Origin: Camelus dromedarius
Lineage: Eukaryota
DNA: 64,000 bases
NCBI RefSeq assembly: GCF_036321535.1
Contig: NC_087471.1
Span: 930,001 to 994,000, forward strand
Reading direction: 5' to 3'
Part shown: piece by piece, positions 11,330 to 22,436 of the stretch
Position numbering within the stretch: the first letter of the stretch is position 1
Layout: each line of letters opens with the position of its first letter
The notes under the pieces: model-generated
Seen by the model: only the letters and a program-made list of their open reading frames with translations
Told to the model about the DNA's origin: nothing
Database searches by the model: none
Translations under genes and position numbers: made by a program

Positions 11330-12077
11330 GAAGAGTTCTGTCCTGTGTGTGTACATTGGGAGTAAGGAGGGGTTTGAAAGACTTTGGGGCCTTTTTCTTC
11401 TCAGATCTTGGTTGACCATGCGTGTTTTTATGACTGTTTAATTGGGAGTCACCCAGCAGTGTCTGCCGGCATCCCCGGGCCCCACGGGTGGGCTCTCCGT
11501 AGGCTGGCAGAGACCTTTTCCAAAAGCCTTGGGGCACAGCTTTGGTTCCTGAGCGCAGTGAGGCTGGAGGGGGCCGGGGAGGGCGGCGCTCAGAGCACCT
11601 GCTGCTCAGGAGACGCATCGGCGTTGCAGGGCAGCTGGGCCAGGGTGTCTGTGGGAAGCAGCGGTGGGCCAAGGGGATGTGGCTAGGAGGCTCTGAGTGC
11701 CGGTGACCCAGCACAGCCCCGGGGACGCCGCCGGACGGGCCCTGCGGGGGGCCGGTGTCGGGGCAGGAGGCAGGGTGGGGTGCCTTTCTCAGGATGTGGC
11801 TTTTCAGCCAGAAAATTTGGGGGATACTTGAAGGGTTTGCTACAATGAGCCTCAGAAGGAAAATCGGTTCTCTGACCTGTGACCTTTTGACATGAATTAC
11901 TCTGTTTATTCTTAATTTTTCAAAGGAACACTGTGTATTGAATTCGCTAAATTTCAGTTTTGATAATCTTGAGTCTTTCTTTTGTAAATGAACACATTCT
12001 GGATGTGGTCTCTGTCCTAGAGGCCAGGAGGACAGCAGTCACTCCTGTGTTTTCCTGGAAGAAGCTTATTTATTTTG

Positions 12078-12083
12078 AATAAA
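12078..12083 (+). terminator. SECISBP2 poly(A) signal AATAAA (a second candidate at 12757-12762)
   Basis: First + strand AATAAA after the stop, about 750 nt downstream. Confidence 0.7.
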
Positions 12084-13117
12084 GAGTGATTATTTAACTT
12101 CGCTGGGGCCTCTGCCTGTCTCGGGCTAGTCAGCGGTCCCCTCGTCCTGATCTGGGACTTCGGGGCATCGTCTCTGAACGGAAGGGGGCCGAGCAGGGAG
12201 AAGCTCGCTGCGCCCAGACCCACGCCTCCTGGGTCTCACAGCAGTGACTGCTGAGTGTCAGGCCCTTGGCGGCCCCGTTGCTGACCCGCCTCGTCCAGCC
12301 GCCCGCGTGCGTGTCACGTGGGAGATGGCGGGGACAGACTCTCTGCTCTGTGCTTACCAAGCCAGCAGGGCATTGCGTGGGCCTTGAAAACGCTGAGTTG
12401 GATGTGGTCACGCCAAGTGCACCCCTGAGAGTGAGTGGCCTGTGACGAGCAGATAAACGTGGGACAGCGAGTCGGAAACGGCCCGCTGCGTGGCCGGGGC
12501 CGGGAGTGAGGCGGGGGCCGTCTGTGCAGCACTGATCTGTCCTCTCATCCGGGACCCCCGTTGTTCCTAGTGTGCGCCTGCTCTTCCGTATACTTTCTGA
12601 GCTGTTTAAACGGGTGACGTGACAACTGGTTGACCGAGCCCTGCGTCCCGTCCTCGGGTTTCTCCCCCAGGAGGAACCAGCGCGGTCTTCCCTGCCCACC
12701 CTGTGTCAGCGTAGCAAGTCGACTGTAGTAGGTTAGACAGTCAGAGATTACTTGAGAATAAAGGTTCCAAAATGAACTTGTAGGGAGAAAACTAAACAGC
12801 TGTCAGCTGCACCCAGCAACCTAGAATTATAAACGTCTCTGCTGGAGACGCAGGGCTGCCGGAGCGCCCGAGGCCTCGGGCCGAGGGGTGTGTGCAGGCG
12901 AGCTGAGCGCAGGGGTGGGGTTTTAACATGGCCTTCGGCTCCCCAGGGAGTCTGCTGCTGGTGTGACTGACCGCCTGGTTGCCCTGGTCATGCTGCCACT
13001 TTCCCGGCAGGGGCCACCACTGCAGGAGTCACGGCGACCCGCGCTGTGCTGACGGCGCCGCGGGGCCCACGGGGCCTCCCGGGTACAAACACGCCTCACG
13101 CAGCAGACGTAGAACTC

Positions 13118-13123
13118 TTTATT
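13118..13123 (-). terminator. Poly(A) signal for the SEMA4D alternative (distal) isoform
   Basis: tttatt on + strand (AATAAA on -), followed on - by the GU-rich element gcgtgtttgt. Confidence 0.7.
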
Positions 13124-14421
13124 TTTTTCCAACAATTCGGAGAATCAGAAGTCAACCTCGTAACCACATTCCCCACCCGCGCACGGCCCGTCGACGTGAC
13201 GGTGACCTAGTGTTTCAGTGCTGTGGGGCGTGGAGAAGGGGGGCTGACAGCAGCAGGAAAGGGCCCAGCTCAGTGCAGCTCGCTCAGCAGCAGTGGTGGC
13301 TGGAGCCACATGCGCACAGGAGTCACGGCGAGAGCTGAGGGAGGTTTACCAAAAACTATGTCCCTGGCTGTGATGCTCTGTGGGCCAGATCGGCATCTGT
13401 TGGCAAGACGGGCGGCGCCTGGGCAGGAGGGGAGAGGGGTAAGGCGGGATGGGCCGCCAGGGCGACCTGAACCCCACAGCCAGCCGTCCTCAGAGCCTTG
13501 CTCACATCGGATCCTGGAGGTGACTGGCCGGAAGTGTGTGCTACTCCGTAGGAAGGGGCCTAGCTTCAGAACAAGGGGGTCTGGAAAGAGGCTGCGTCAT
13601 GAGGCTGAGGAGACCGGGGTCACAGGAGAAGCAGCGCTTTAATGGAAGTTTTGGTTTTACAGTAGACTGCATTCCGGTAAAAGCTGTCATTCCACAAGCA
13701 GACGTCTGCAAGCCGCTGGGCGGAGCAGCGTTAGGCCTGGGCCCTCGTGCTCACACGTGCACACGCGCGGGCACGCACACACACACGGTCCTGGCTGCAG
13801 TGTGGACCGGAGGCCCCGCAGCTCAGCCTCATGGGCTCGCCCCGCTGTGAGAGGAGGGGCCGCGGCCGGGGACACGTGCACAGCTGGCCCGCTGGCTCTT
13901 CCCTGCGGGCGAGCCTGGTGCGCAGGCTGCAGCCGCGGGGACAGGTGCACGCTCGGACCTCTAGTGAGCAGGCCGGAACTCAACGGTCTCCCCACGTCCG
14001 TGTCAGCTTCCGGGTTTGCACCTTCGCCCTCAGGGTTTAAGGGAAATTCCTGTCATTTGGAGCCTCACCTCCCCTGTCGCTGGGCGGCGTGTCTTGGAGT
14101 CACGTGGCTAAGTGAAGGCGGCGAGAAGCAGCCGTCAGGAGGGGCCACCACTGCCAGCTGCTCCCGGGGGCGGCCTGCTTGTGTGATCACATGGGGTGAC
14201 CTGAGGAGGAGACAGAAGCCATCACACACGCTACTGTCTGAAGCAGTTTCTGTTTGTAGCTTGTTAGTCGCCTTGGTTTCCTGCGTCTGCCAGACAGGCC
14301 CTCCTGTTCCCTCTAAGCACCTAAATAAGAAGGAGACATTCCGGCAACTGTCGCAGGTCCACTCGGGGCTCCAAGTTCTCTGCGCAGCCCGACTGCAGTG
14401 TGTGGCAGGTGGTGGCAGTGT

Positions 14422-14459
14422 GGGCTTGGGCTTGGGCTTGGGCTTGGGCTTGGGGTGGG
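14422..14459 (+). repeat. (GGGCTT)5 GGGG T GGG hexamer repeat, G-quadruplex-prone
   Basis: Read directly; seven G-tracts. Confidence 0.9.
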
Positions 14460-14475
14460 CACTGCCTCCTGGTGC

Positions 14476-14502
14476 TCAGAAGGCGTCCTGGCCGCAGCTT
14501 TC
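14476..14502 (-). CDS. SEMA4D: SEMA4D alternative isoform, last coding exon (ESCGQDAF*)
   Basis: ttctttcag| acceptor, phase 0, TGA at 14476-14478; resembles human isoform-2 end ESCSKDTL (from memory). Confidence 0.85.
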   Translation of the reverse strand, partial: ESCGQDAF

Positions 14503-14818
14503 CTGAAAGAACAACGGGGTCTTTTAGGTCCTGGAGCATCAGGCGGGCCCGAGTCCCTGTCCTGTGTGCTCCCCGCGGGGCCTAGGGTCTGAGCTCTGTC
14601 TGGGGTTAGGGTGGCCGTGGGGGCATCTTGCCAGAACCAGCTGGTTCTGCCTGACTTGGGAATTCCTGATTCCCCTCCCAGGATTGGCCCTGGATGGGAG
14701 GGGTGCGGGTTTCAGAAAGCAGAAGTGCTCGGTGGGCCTGGGGAGGCACCAGCAGGACGGGCCCAGAGAGGGGCGGCCGTCCCGCCAGACCCCGGCCCCC
14801 CCGGGCCCGGCCACGTAC

Positions 14819-14916
14819 CCACGCCTTCCTCCAGCTCTGCACCATGCGGTCGTGCTCCCCGACCACGGCCCTCCAGGCGGCAAGCTCTCTGGTCCACCTC
14901 TCTTGGTGGGTCGCCT
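14819..14916 (-). CDS. SEMA4D: SEMA4D alternative isoform exon (Trp-rich helix)
   Basis: tcttgcag| acceptor, TGG|gtacgt donor, 98 nt; EATHQERWTRELAAWRAVVGEHDRMVQSWRKAW. Confidence 0.9.
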
Positions 14917-15904
14917 CTGCAAGACAGAGCAGGGCTCAGGTCTCAGCTCCACTGGCCTTGGTGGCCCTCGGGTGCCCACCGTGCTGCACCTCTGCTGGGC
15001 TGAGCTGGGCCTTGGCAGCCGAGTGGGCTCAGGGAAGGTGTTTACCCCTTGGGCCTCACCTTCCTGGCTGCGGGGGCTTCAACAGAGAGCCTCCTCCACC
15101 CAGCCTTCCTTGGGCCACCAGCACCCCAGGCGGCCGCTCCCCAGGGCCCCGCTGGCCCTGTCCTCCGTATCTCAGGGGCATTTCCATCCAGCCTGGAGGG
15201 GACTCACTTCCCACGCCTCGAGGGGCAATGCAGACACCCTGGGGTTCAGGGTGGGCAGGGGCTGGGAGCTGAGGCCCGGAAAGCAGCTCGGTAACCAGGG
15301 CTGGCATCCTGTTACATCACGTGCTGCTCGCTCCGCGCAGCGGCCGTGTGAGTCTGGTCCTGAGGTTTGAGGAGGAGCGACTGCAGGGCTGTCCGGGTGG
15401 CACCAGCCTGACGGCCACGTGCTCTCTTTGTAAACACAGAAATGCGCGGCAGCGTTGCTTGGGACCGCGGCTCACATCGCTGGTCTCAGAAATGGGTTCC
15501 AAGAACCTGAGCCCTTCAGACGGGAAGCAGGACTCACACCCGGGGCAGAACTGAGCGGGCCCAGCGCTCATGGTACCCACACAGCCAGCCCTCAGCCGGC
15601 GCCGCCCCCCAGGGTGACAGCAGGGAGCTGGCGGGGCTCTGTAGGAGGGCCCTTGGTGGCCTGAGCTCCACGGGGCCCTGCAGGGGCTCCTGACTCAGGA
15701 CGCACAGGGCTGGGGCAGTCTGGGTCCCTGGAGGCCCATTTTATCGTCTAACACGTCCTCCAACACCGCCTGTGCCTTCGCAAACATGGGGGCGGGGGGA
15801 GGACGGAAAATACTGAGGCGCCTTAACTGCTTGCGTCTTTTAGCCCCTCTCCTGGCTTCTGTGTCTCCTGTCCGCACGGTGCCTTGGGTGGACCCTTGCC
15901 TGCC

Positions 15905-15985
15905 ATCAAGTCAAGCCCTGTGCTTGCGCGCTTGTGGGCTGCGTGACCTTGGGCGAGTCCCTTAACCTTCATCGTCAGTGTGTGG
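15905..15985 (+). mobile_element. Degraded MIR core
   Basis: gctgcgtgaccttgggcgagtcccttaaccttc resembles the MIR core gctgtgtgaccttgggcaagttacttaacctct. Confidence 0.5.
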
Positions 15986-17753
15986 GGTTCACCAAGTTAG
16001 ATGACAGTTGGGCTCAAACTGCCTCGTTGCTTCTCTGGCTGTTACTACTTCGCTGTTTGCTGGCAGCATCGTTCACTTGGCTTCTGGGTAAGACGTCACA
16101 ATTTCTAAGTCTCACACGGGTATTCATTTTATCCTGACAGCAACAGGCAAGGGCACTTTATAGAAAAGAAGGAAATGGGGGTTCTGGGTGGGAGGAAGTA
16201 TTTGAAATTTCCTTTTCTCTGAAACCCCCACTTAAAAGGACAAGGGAGCTTTTAAAATGTGTACTTGGTGTATAAACTCTTGAAAATGGACAGAGGATAG
16301 GGGAGGAAGCAGTGGAAGCTGGAAGCTGAGAAGCGGGGGGACCAGTGGAAACTGTCGCAGCAGATGCAGCAGACCCGGGAGGCAGAGCCCTGCCCGGCAG
16401 CGGGAGGCAGAGGGGTGGCCCCTCTCGGGGGCACTCGGGAGCCTGCCTCAGCCTGGCGCGCCTGCTGCCCCGGGCGTGGGCTGCCGCCAGAGGCCCTGCA
16501 CACGGCAGCTTCTCTGCTAGCGCGTCCGGGAATCACGAGGTGTCCCCGGAACGGGCTCCCAGGTGATCAGATGCTGCCCAAGGCAACACCTGGGCTGGGA
16601 GGGGCCTCCCGAGAGGGTGCTCTGTGCCCGTCTCTTAAATGTACCCGGGCAGTCGCTCCCGAGACTTCTGAGCGAGACTAAGGCAAAACCACCAAAAAGG
16701 GGCAACTGGGAGGGAAAAGAAAACAGGGAAGTCCTCAGTGACCTCAGAGCAGAGCGGATGGCCACACGCAGGACAAGAGGAGGACGGGGTCCTGACAGAA
16801 CAGAACGAAAACCCCTGCGTAGTGAAAATGTGAGGCTGGGGTGGGGACTCACTACAGGGGGCGCAGCGGAGGGAGGGCAGCTAAAGGGTGGGTGGGCCGG
16901 GAGAGGAGACGGACGGAGGGCCAGCCCGGGAGCCCAGCACCCGGGCAGGTAGTTCCAGAAAGAGCAGCGAATGACGTGCGTGCGGCACACGTCCGAGAGT
17001 TGCAGGCCGGGGGCTGTGAAATGCGGCGGGCCCCGCCCGAGAGGTCCGCGCCCGCTCGGGGCTCAGAGGGACAGTGATCAGGCGGGCTCACAGGCAGCCT
17101 CCGGGGCCGGAGGACGGAGCCAGCCGCACGCGCTGGGAGTATCTTCAGGCCAGAACTGTCTACGTGGCTGAAGATGGAGGAAAGACGTAGGCTCTGGGGA
17201 CACTGACTCCCCCAGACGCTATGTCTGAGTGTGGCCACAGGCACCCCACAAAACAGCGGAGGAGGAAATCAAAAAAGGAAGGGACACCGGGAACTAGGCC
17301 ACGAGATCCAGCGTCAGAGGAGCGGACTCTCCAGCCCCAGCAGGAAGGGCCAGTCCAAGGAGGCAGAGCGTTTTGGGGGGGTGACAATGGGGACACCAGG
17401 GTGCCTGCAGGGGTCGGGCACTTAGCCGCAGAGCCCGGTGTGGAATTCCTGGTAACTGAGCAAGCGAGGCGGCACGGGGGTTCCCTACGTGGGAAGCAGG
17501 CATGTGGAGGGATGGGTTCCGGGCCTCAGCCATCCCCGTGACGTAACAGACTCCTCCTGGGCGGACGGGGGATTAGCAGCCGTTGTGCGTGCATGTGTGT
17601 GCGTTCACACGTGCGTGTGCACCGGGGAGGCAGGCAGCGGGAAGCTAACTCATTCGTCTCAGCGAACACCAGCAGGTCATCCCTACTGAAATGTCAGCGT
17701 GTGGGGCCGCTGCCAGAGAGACGGGGGGGGCACTGAGGAGGCGGGGGACTCAC

Positions 17754-17963
17754 CGTGTCCCGTCACGGCGATGTGCACCCGGGAGGTCTGGCTCCCCGCC
17801 GTGGACAGCGCAGAGCAGCGGTACTCGGCGCCCTCCCGGACGGCGTCTCGCAGCCAGCTGAGCACGAGGGCCCGGCCGTCGGGCAGCGCGTGGGTCTGCG
17901 TGGGGACGCACGCCTCCAGCGCGCGCCCATTCTTCTCCCAGAGGAAGTGGACGTCCGCGGGAC
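17754..17963 (-). CDS. SEMA4D: SEMA4D alternative isoform exon (second half of alternative Ig domain)
   Basis: cccccag| acceptor, G|gtgagt donor, 210 nt, phase 1-1; GPADVHFLWEKNG...LPDGRALVLSWL...AEYRCSAL. Confidence 0.92.
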
Positions 17964-20900
17964 CTGGGGGCACACAGACCACCTTCAGCCCCGGGACCCC
18001 TACCTAGGCCCCAGGGGAGCCACCCTGGCACAGGGGCGGGGGGTGGAGCCACCCAGATTAGGTGCCTCGTCCCAGCAGGGCCCGAAGTGACTGGGTGGGT
18101 GGCTTTCCGGTAAGTCTCTGTCCTTCCCCTGGAGGGGGCCTGGGAGGGGTTCCCCTCTGTGGTCCCCAGTGGCCCTGGGAGAAAAGGGTGCGGACACCTC
18201 AGTGCCCTGTGCCCCACGGCTCCCTGCTCCTTGACCTCACTTGGGCGCCTTTTTCAAAGCACACTTGCATGGCCATGTCCCCCGGACGTGCTGGGCTCCT
18301 AGGTGCACCCTTTTCCTTCCTCCCCAGGCTGTGCGCCCCGTGGAGTGCCTGGTGGCCGGGCTCTGGGGCAGAGGGTATGGGCCAGGAACTTAGCTGCCCA
18401 CCTGGCCCTGCTGCCACCGCTTTGAGCCTAGAGCTCTGTCTGCACAGGGCCACTCGCTCTCCCTGGGGCACCAAGAGGCCAGGGCAAGCCTGCCCCGCTG
18501 GCCGGGTCACTGTGGCCGGGGAGCAGGACTGCCACCAGGAGCCCCAGGCTGGGCCAGGGGACGGGCGCCGGGTGCCAGGAAGGGCTGATGGCCTGTCTTT
18601 TCCACATAAGGACTTGGAGGAGAACGGACCCGAGGGAAGGGCCTGGCAGAAGCCCCTCCCCAAGCACAGCGGGGTCCTGTGCCGGAGCCCTGCCTGGGCC
18701 CCATGTTCATCTCAGTGGCCGGGGGTGGGGGCCGTGGAGCCCAGTGCACGGAGAGCCCGGAGCAGGACTGGGCTCTGGTCCCAAGGCCAGAAGCTGCCTC
18801 AGCGAGCACCTCCTTGGTGGGGCCCCTTCCCCAACCCTAGAGGGTGGCCAGGTGAGCCTGGGGTGTCAGGCTCCACGCCGGGTCCCCGGACTGTGCTGAG
18901 ACGGGCCCAACTCCCGTCCTTAGGAGCGAACCAGGTGGGTCACCTCCACCTTGACCTGCTTACATACTGGCTTCCACTCAGAAGGGCTGAAGACAGGACC
19001 CAGCTGACACCACTAGGCTCCTCCCTGGGGCGTGTGCAGACCCCCGGTGAGCTGAGCTAGGACCGAGCAAAGGCGGGGCTGGGCCCTAGACTGGAGCAGC
19101 AGCCTGGCCAGCCCCGGACGCCCTGGGGTCAGAGCCAGGCAGGAGGGGATGCAGGCCCTCCCCATTGTGTGCGCGGAGGGGGGCGCGCAGCCCCTCTGTG
19201 CCCGCTGCTCCCAGTCGCGGACAGGGTGGTGCTGGGGCCAGGCCCTGACAGCCCACGCCCCTGCTCCCCCCACACCTGTGCGGGGCGGGCACCCCAACAG
19301 TGTGGACTGGGGGGCCCTCTGGCCGCCTTGCCCAGGGACCCAGCTCCCTGACAAACGCCCGCTGTTCCGAGTGGACTGCCCCACGCGGGGGGAAGGCCGA
19401 CCTCAACCAGAGCAGCCGCGCCTGATGGCCATGTGCCTGAGAATCAGCTTTCAGAAGTAGATCCCACCCCAGCCGCCCGACAGCCAGGGACTGACACACG
19501 ACGGGGTTTCGTGCGGGACGGTCGGTGGACTCGATCTATCTGTGGCTGGAGTTCACTGAGCAGGAAGAGAGAATGGTAGACGTGAAGGATTAAACAGCAC
19601 GGAGAGCCGCTGGCGTCCGGGTGTGCGCGTGTCGGGGGGCACGTGCCGGCGGGGAGCTGGGCGAGGGGCCGGGTGGTGGGCAGAGGGGCTCTGTCACGTG
19701 CTGGGCTTTTTACAGGGGGAGAGGCTTCTCGTTTAGATGACTTCTGATGGATTCCCAGCCGGTCAGGTCCCTGCGCAGCCAGTCTGGCACCGTTCACCTT
19801 TGCCTGGTCCCTTCGTCAGTGACTGACCATGTTCAGGACCGGCAGAGAACCTTCCTCCCAAAGGAGAGTCAGACCCTTGAAGCGGACAATCCCAGGAATG
19901 GGTCCTGAGGCCACGAGCGGGACCCACAGGAGCCACTGAAGCCGTTTGCTAGTGGGAAGTTGGGGAGCGTCCCACAAGGGGTCCCCTAAATGATGTGGTG
20001 CCCCCCCCCCGCCTGGGTGCCTGTCAGTCGGGCAGAGGTATCTCCTCCCGTGAACTGCATGCACCTGGTGACACCGCGTGCTGTTCAGTCACTCCCTGGC
20101 CGATGGGCATCTCGGTGGCGTCTGACTTTGAAAGCTGACACTCGTGAGGCGTGATTGTTCACGGACGTGAGACCTGTCTCTGAGCAGCCACTGAGGTCAG
20201 TTCTGGAAAGGCCCCGGCGCCCCCCTCGTCCCCCGGCCCTGTCCAGGGGTGACGAGCACCGAGACCCACCCCCTAGGCTGGGGGCCGCAGTCGCAGGAGC
20301 GTCTGGAAAGTTCTCCTGACCGTCGCCGGGACGAGACCCGGATGGCCTGAGCTGGGGAGGGCTCGTCACCCCGAACCACATGGGCCAGGACCCCTCGGGA
20401 GCAAAGCTCCTCAGACGCCCGGTTCCCGGGGTCTGCACCGCCATCACGAGGACCGTGTCAGGCACTGTTAAATGTGCTGTAAATGTGTATTTAACCGCAG
20501 TAAAACGTTAGAAATGTGAAAGTACTTACGTTCCATTTCTTTTCTAAAACTATCCAACTCATTCTGAATGCAGAGGTTAGAGAGAGAGGGAAAGTGAAAG
20601 TTAAAACCGGTCAGCAGGGCCACCACCCTGGACACTGGGGACCCCGGGTAGCAGGGGCCTGGGCCCATCCCTCGCAGCCGCCTCGGGCTGGCCTCTGCAG
20701 GGCGGGGCGGCTGGGGTCTCGGGGCCCAGCCCCCACCTCGGGACTCCATCCTGCCCCACCCCCGGCCCCACACGGTCTGAGGACACCCGCCGGGGTGGGG
20801 TGTGATAAAACCAGAACCCCTCTGAACAATGGCTTCTCCCCAAGGGAAGCCGATCCATCCTAGGGGCAGAGGGCCTGACAGCCCGCAGCTGGAGGGGACC

Positions 20901-22124
20901 GATGGGGTGCACCCAGCCCTCAGCCCACATCCTGACCGGTGCCCCCACTGCCGTCTGTGCAGCTCCAGGCAGGCGAGCCTTCCTCCAGGCACCCTCCTGC
21001 ATGTGGTCAACTCTGACCCCAGAGCCAGCTGCCCCAGGGCCAGCACCCCCCCCATGCCCAGGGTCCTGCCAGCTACTCCAGTGCACCCCTGGGGGGCTGT
21101 TCTCTGAGCACCCGAGGCTGCACGCACCAAGGATGCTCATTGCGGATCCCCAGGACCAGGCACTCCCCTGCGCGGCCGAGACCCCACAACCATATGGGAA
21201 TCAAGAGGGCCTGGCCGGCCCGGAGGGCAAGGGGTCTCCCAGGTCTGCCACCCCGGTGCCATCGGCTCTCCTCCCCGTCACCTCTCAGGCCCTCCCTCAG
21301 GTGCTGGGGCCCCGTGGTCAGCTGAAGAGTCACCCCCAAATATCCAAGTCCTCATCCCTAGGCCCTTGTGTGGCCAAAGGTGCTTCCAGACTAGTGGGCA
21401 GTGCATGGAGGTGACCTGGTCGGCCCCGCCCCGACGCGGAGGGGTGTCCCAACTCCTCCTGGAAAACTCACAAGTCGGCTCTCCGCCGTGGCTCAGCCCT
21501 GGCCTTCCAGGGGTCCTGACGCGCACGCTGGCAGCAGCGGTCACTGCAGGAGGCCCAGGTCTGCCTTCTGACGCCAGCCGCTCACAGAGCTCTGCTTTCT
21601 AACGTCTTGGTTAAGACATGAGCGGCCATCCAGAACCTGAGCATCCAATACCACCTACATGTAGGGGATCTGCCCTCAGCTTTAAAGGTGACGCAGGTCT
21701 CACCGCGACACAGGGAGGGAGGGCCCTTGGAGACCGCACTTTGGTTAAGGAGTCACATACGTCTCTTTCTGCGCTACGTCAGTGCGTGTGCAGACACATG
21801 ACATGGCTGGCACGTCCGTGTACACCGCCGCGCCGTCCTTCATTGGCCGTTACCTGCCAGGCGCACCGCGCCCCCTTCCCCTGCTCTTTGCACGCCGCAG
21901 GTGCTGCACTTTCTGCAGGTGGAAGGTTTGCGGCCACGCAGCGCCGGGCCGGTCTGCCGGTGCCGTTTTCCCAACAGCGTCTCTTCACTTCCTGCCTCTG
22001 TCACATTTTGATGATTCTTACAGTATTTCAGACTTTTTCATTATTGCGGTGACTGTGATTGGAGACCTTTGCTGTTAGCACTTCAGCCTGCTAAAAGCTC
22101 AGCCGACGACTGGCATGTTTTAGT

Positions 22125-22265
22125 GGTGTTTTGGGTTTTTTTGGGGGGGGGGATTGGGTTTATTTGTTTATTTTTAATTTTTTTTTTTAGTGGAGGTACT
22201 GGGGATTGAACCCAGGACCTTGTGCGTGCTAAACACGAGCTCTACCACTGAGCTATACCCTCCCC
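22125..22265 (-). mobile_element. Vic-1-like tRNA-derived SINE
   Basis: ggaggtactggggattgaacccaggacc...ctaccactgagctataccctcccc with T-rich tail on + strand. Confidence 0.9.
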
Positions 22266-22279
22266 GCAAACATTCGGGG

Positions 22280-22436
22280 TTTTGTGTGTTTATTTTTTGT
22301 TGTTTTTGTTTGTTTTGGGGGGTAATTGGGTTTATTTTTATTATTTTTTAAAATTTAACTGGAGGGACTGGGGATCGAACCCATGACCTCCTGCACGCTA
22401 AGCACGCACTCTACCACTGAGCTGTACCTTCGCCCC
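22280..22436 (-). mobile_element. Vic-1-like tRNA-derived SINE (second, tandem)
   Basis: ggagggactggggatcgaacccatgacc...ctaccactgagctgtaccttcgccc with T-rich tail. Confidence 0.88.

Noticed and set aside
11892-11945. Possible autoregulatory SECIS element in the SECISBP2 3'UTR (ATGA at 11892)
   Set aside because: No AA(A) apical loop at the right spacing and no convincing helix II/GA quartet by eye; the SECISBP2 exons here have no in-frame TGA.
14476-14478. Sec recoding of the TGA ending the alternative SEMA4D isoform, given proximity to SECISBP2
   Set aside because: No SECIS seen in its UTR, and gene adjacency gives no mechanistic support.
17964-18003. Donor-like CTAG|gtaggg just upstream of the exon at 17963
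   Set aside because: The implied intron would be 40 nt, below the practical minimum.
18062-19060. 332-aa + strand ORF (and similar long GC-rich ORFs such as 14564-15370, 22888-23676, 33302-34081)
   Set aside because: No homology recognised; they are antisense to or overlap SEMA4D introns/exons and reflect stop-codon scarcity.
19496-19555. 60-nt candidate exon (strong acceptor, gtcagt donor)
   Set aside because: Open only in phase 2, incompatible with the neighbouring phase-1 exons, and the donor is weak.
22190-22265. tRNA gene-like sequence (also at about 5040-5110, 22360-22436 and 46730-46805)
   Set aside because: A/B-box-like heads followed by A-rich tails and no proper cloverleaf; these are tRNA-derived SINEs.
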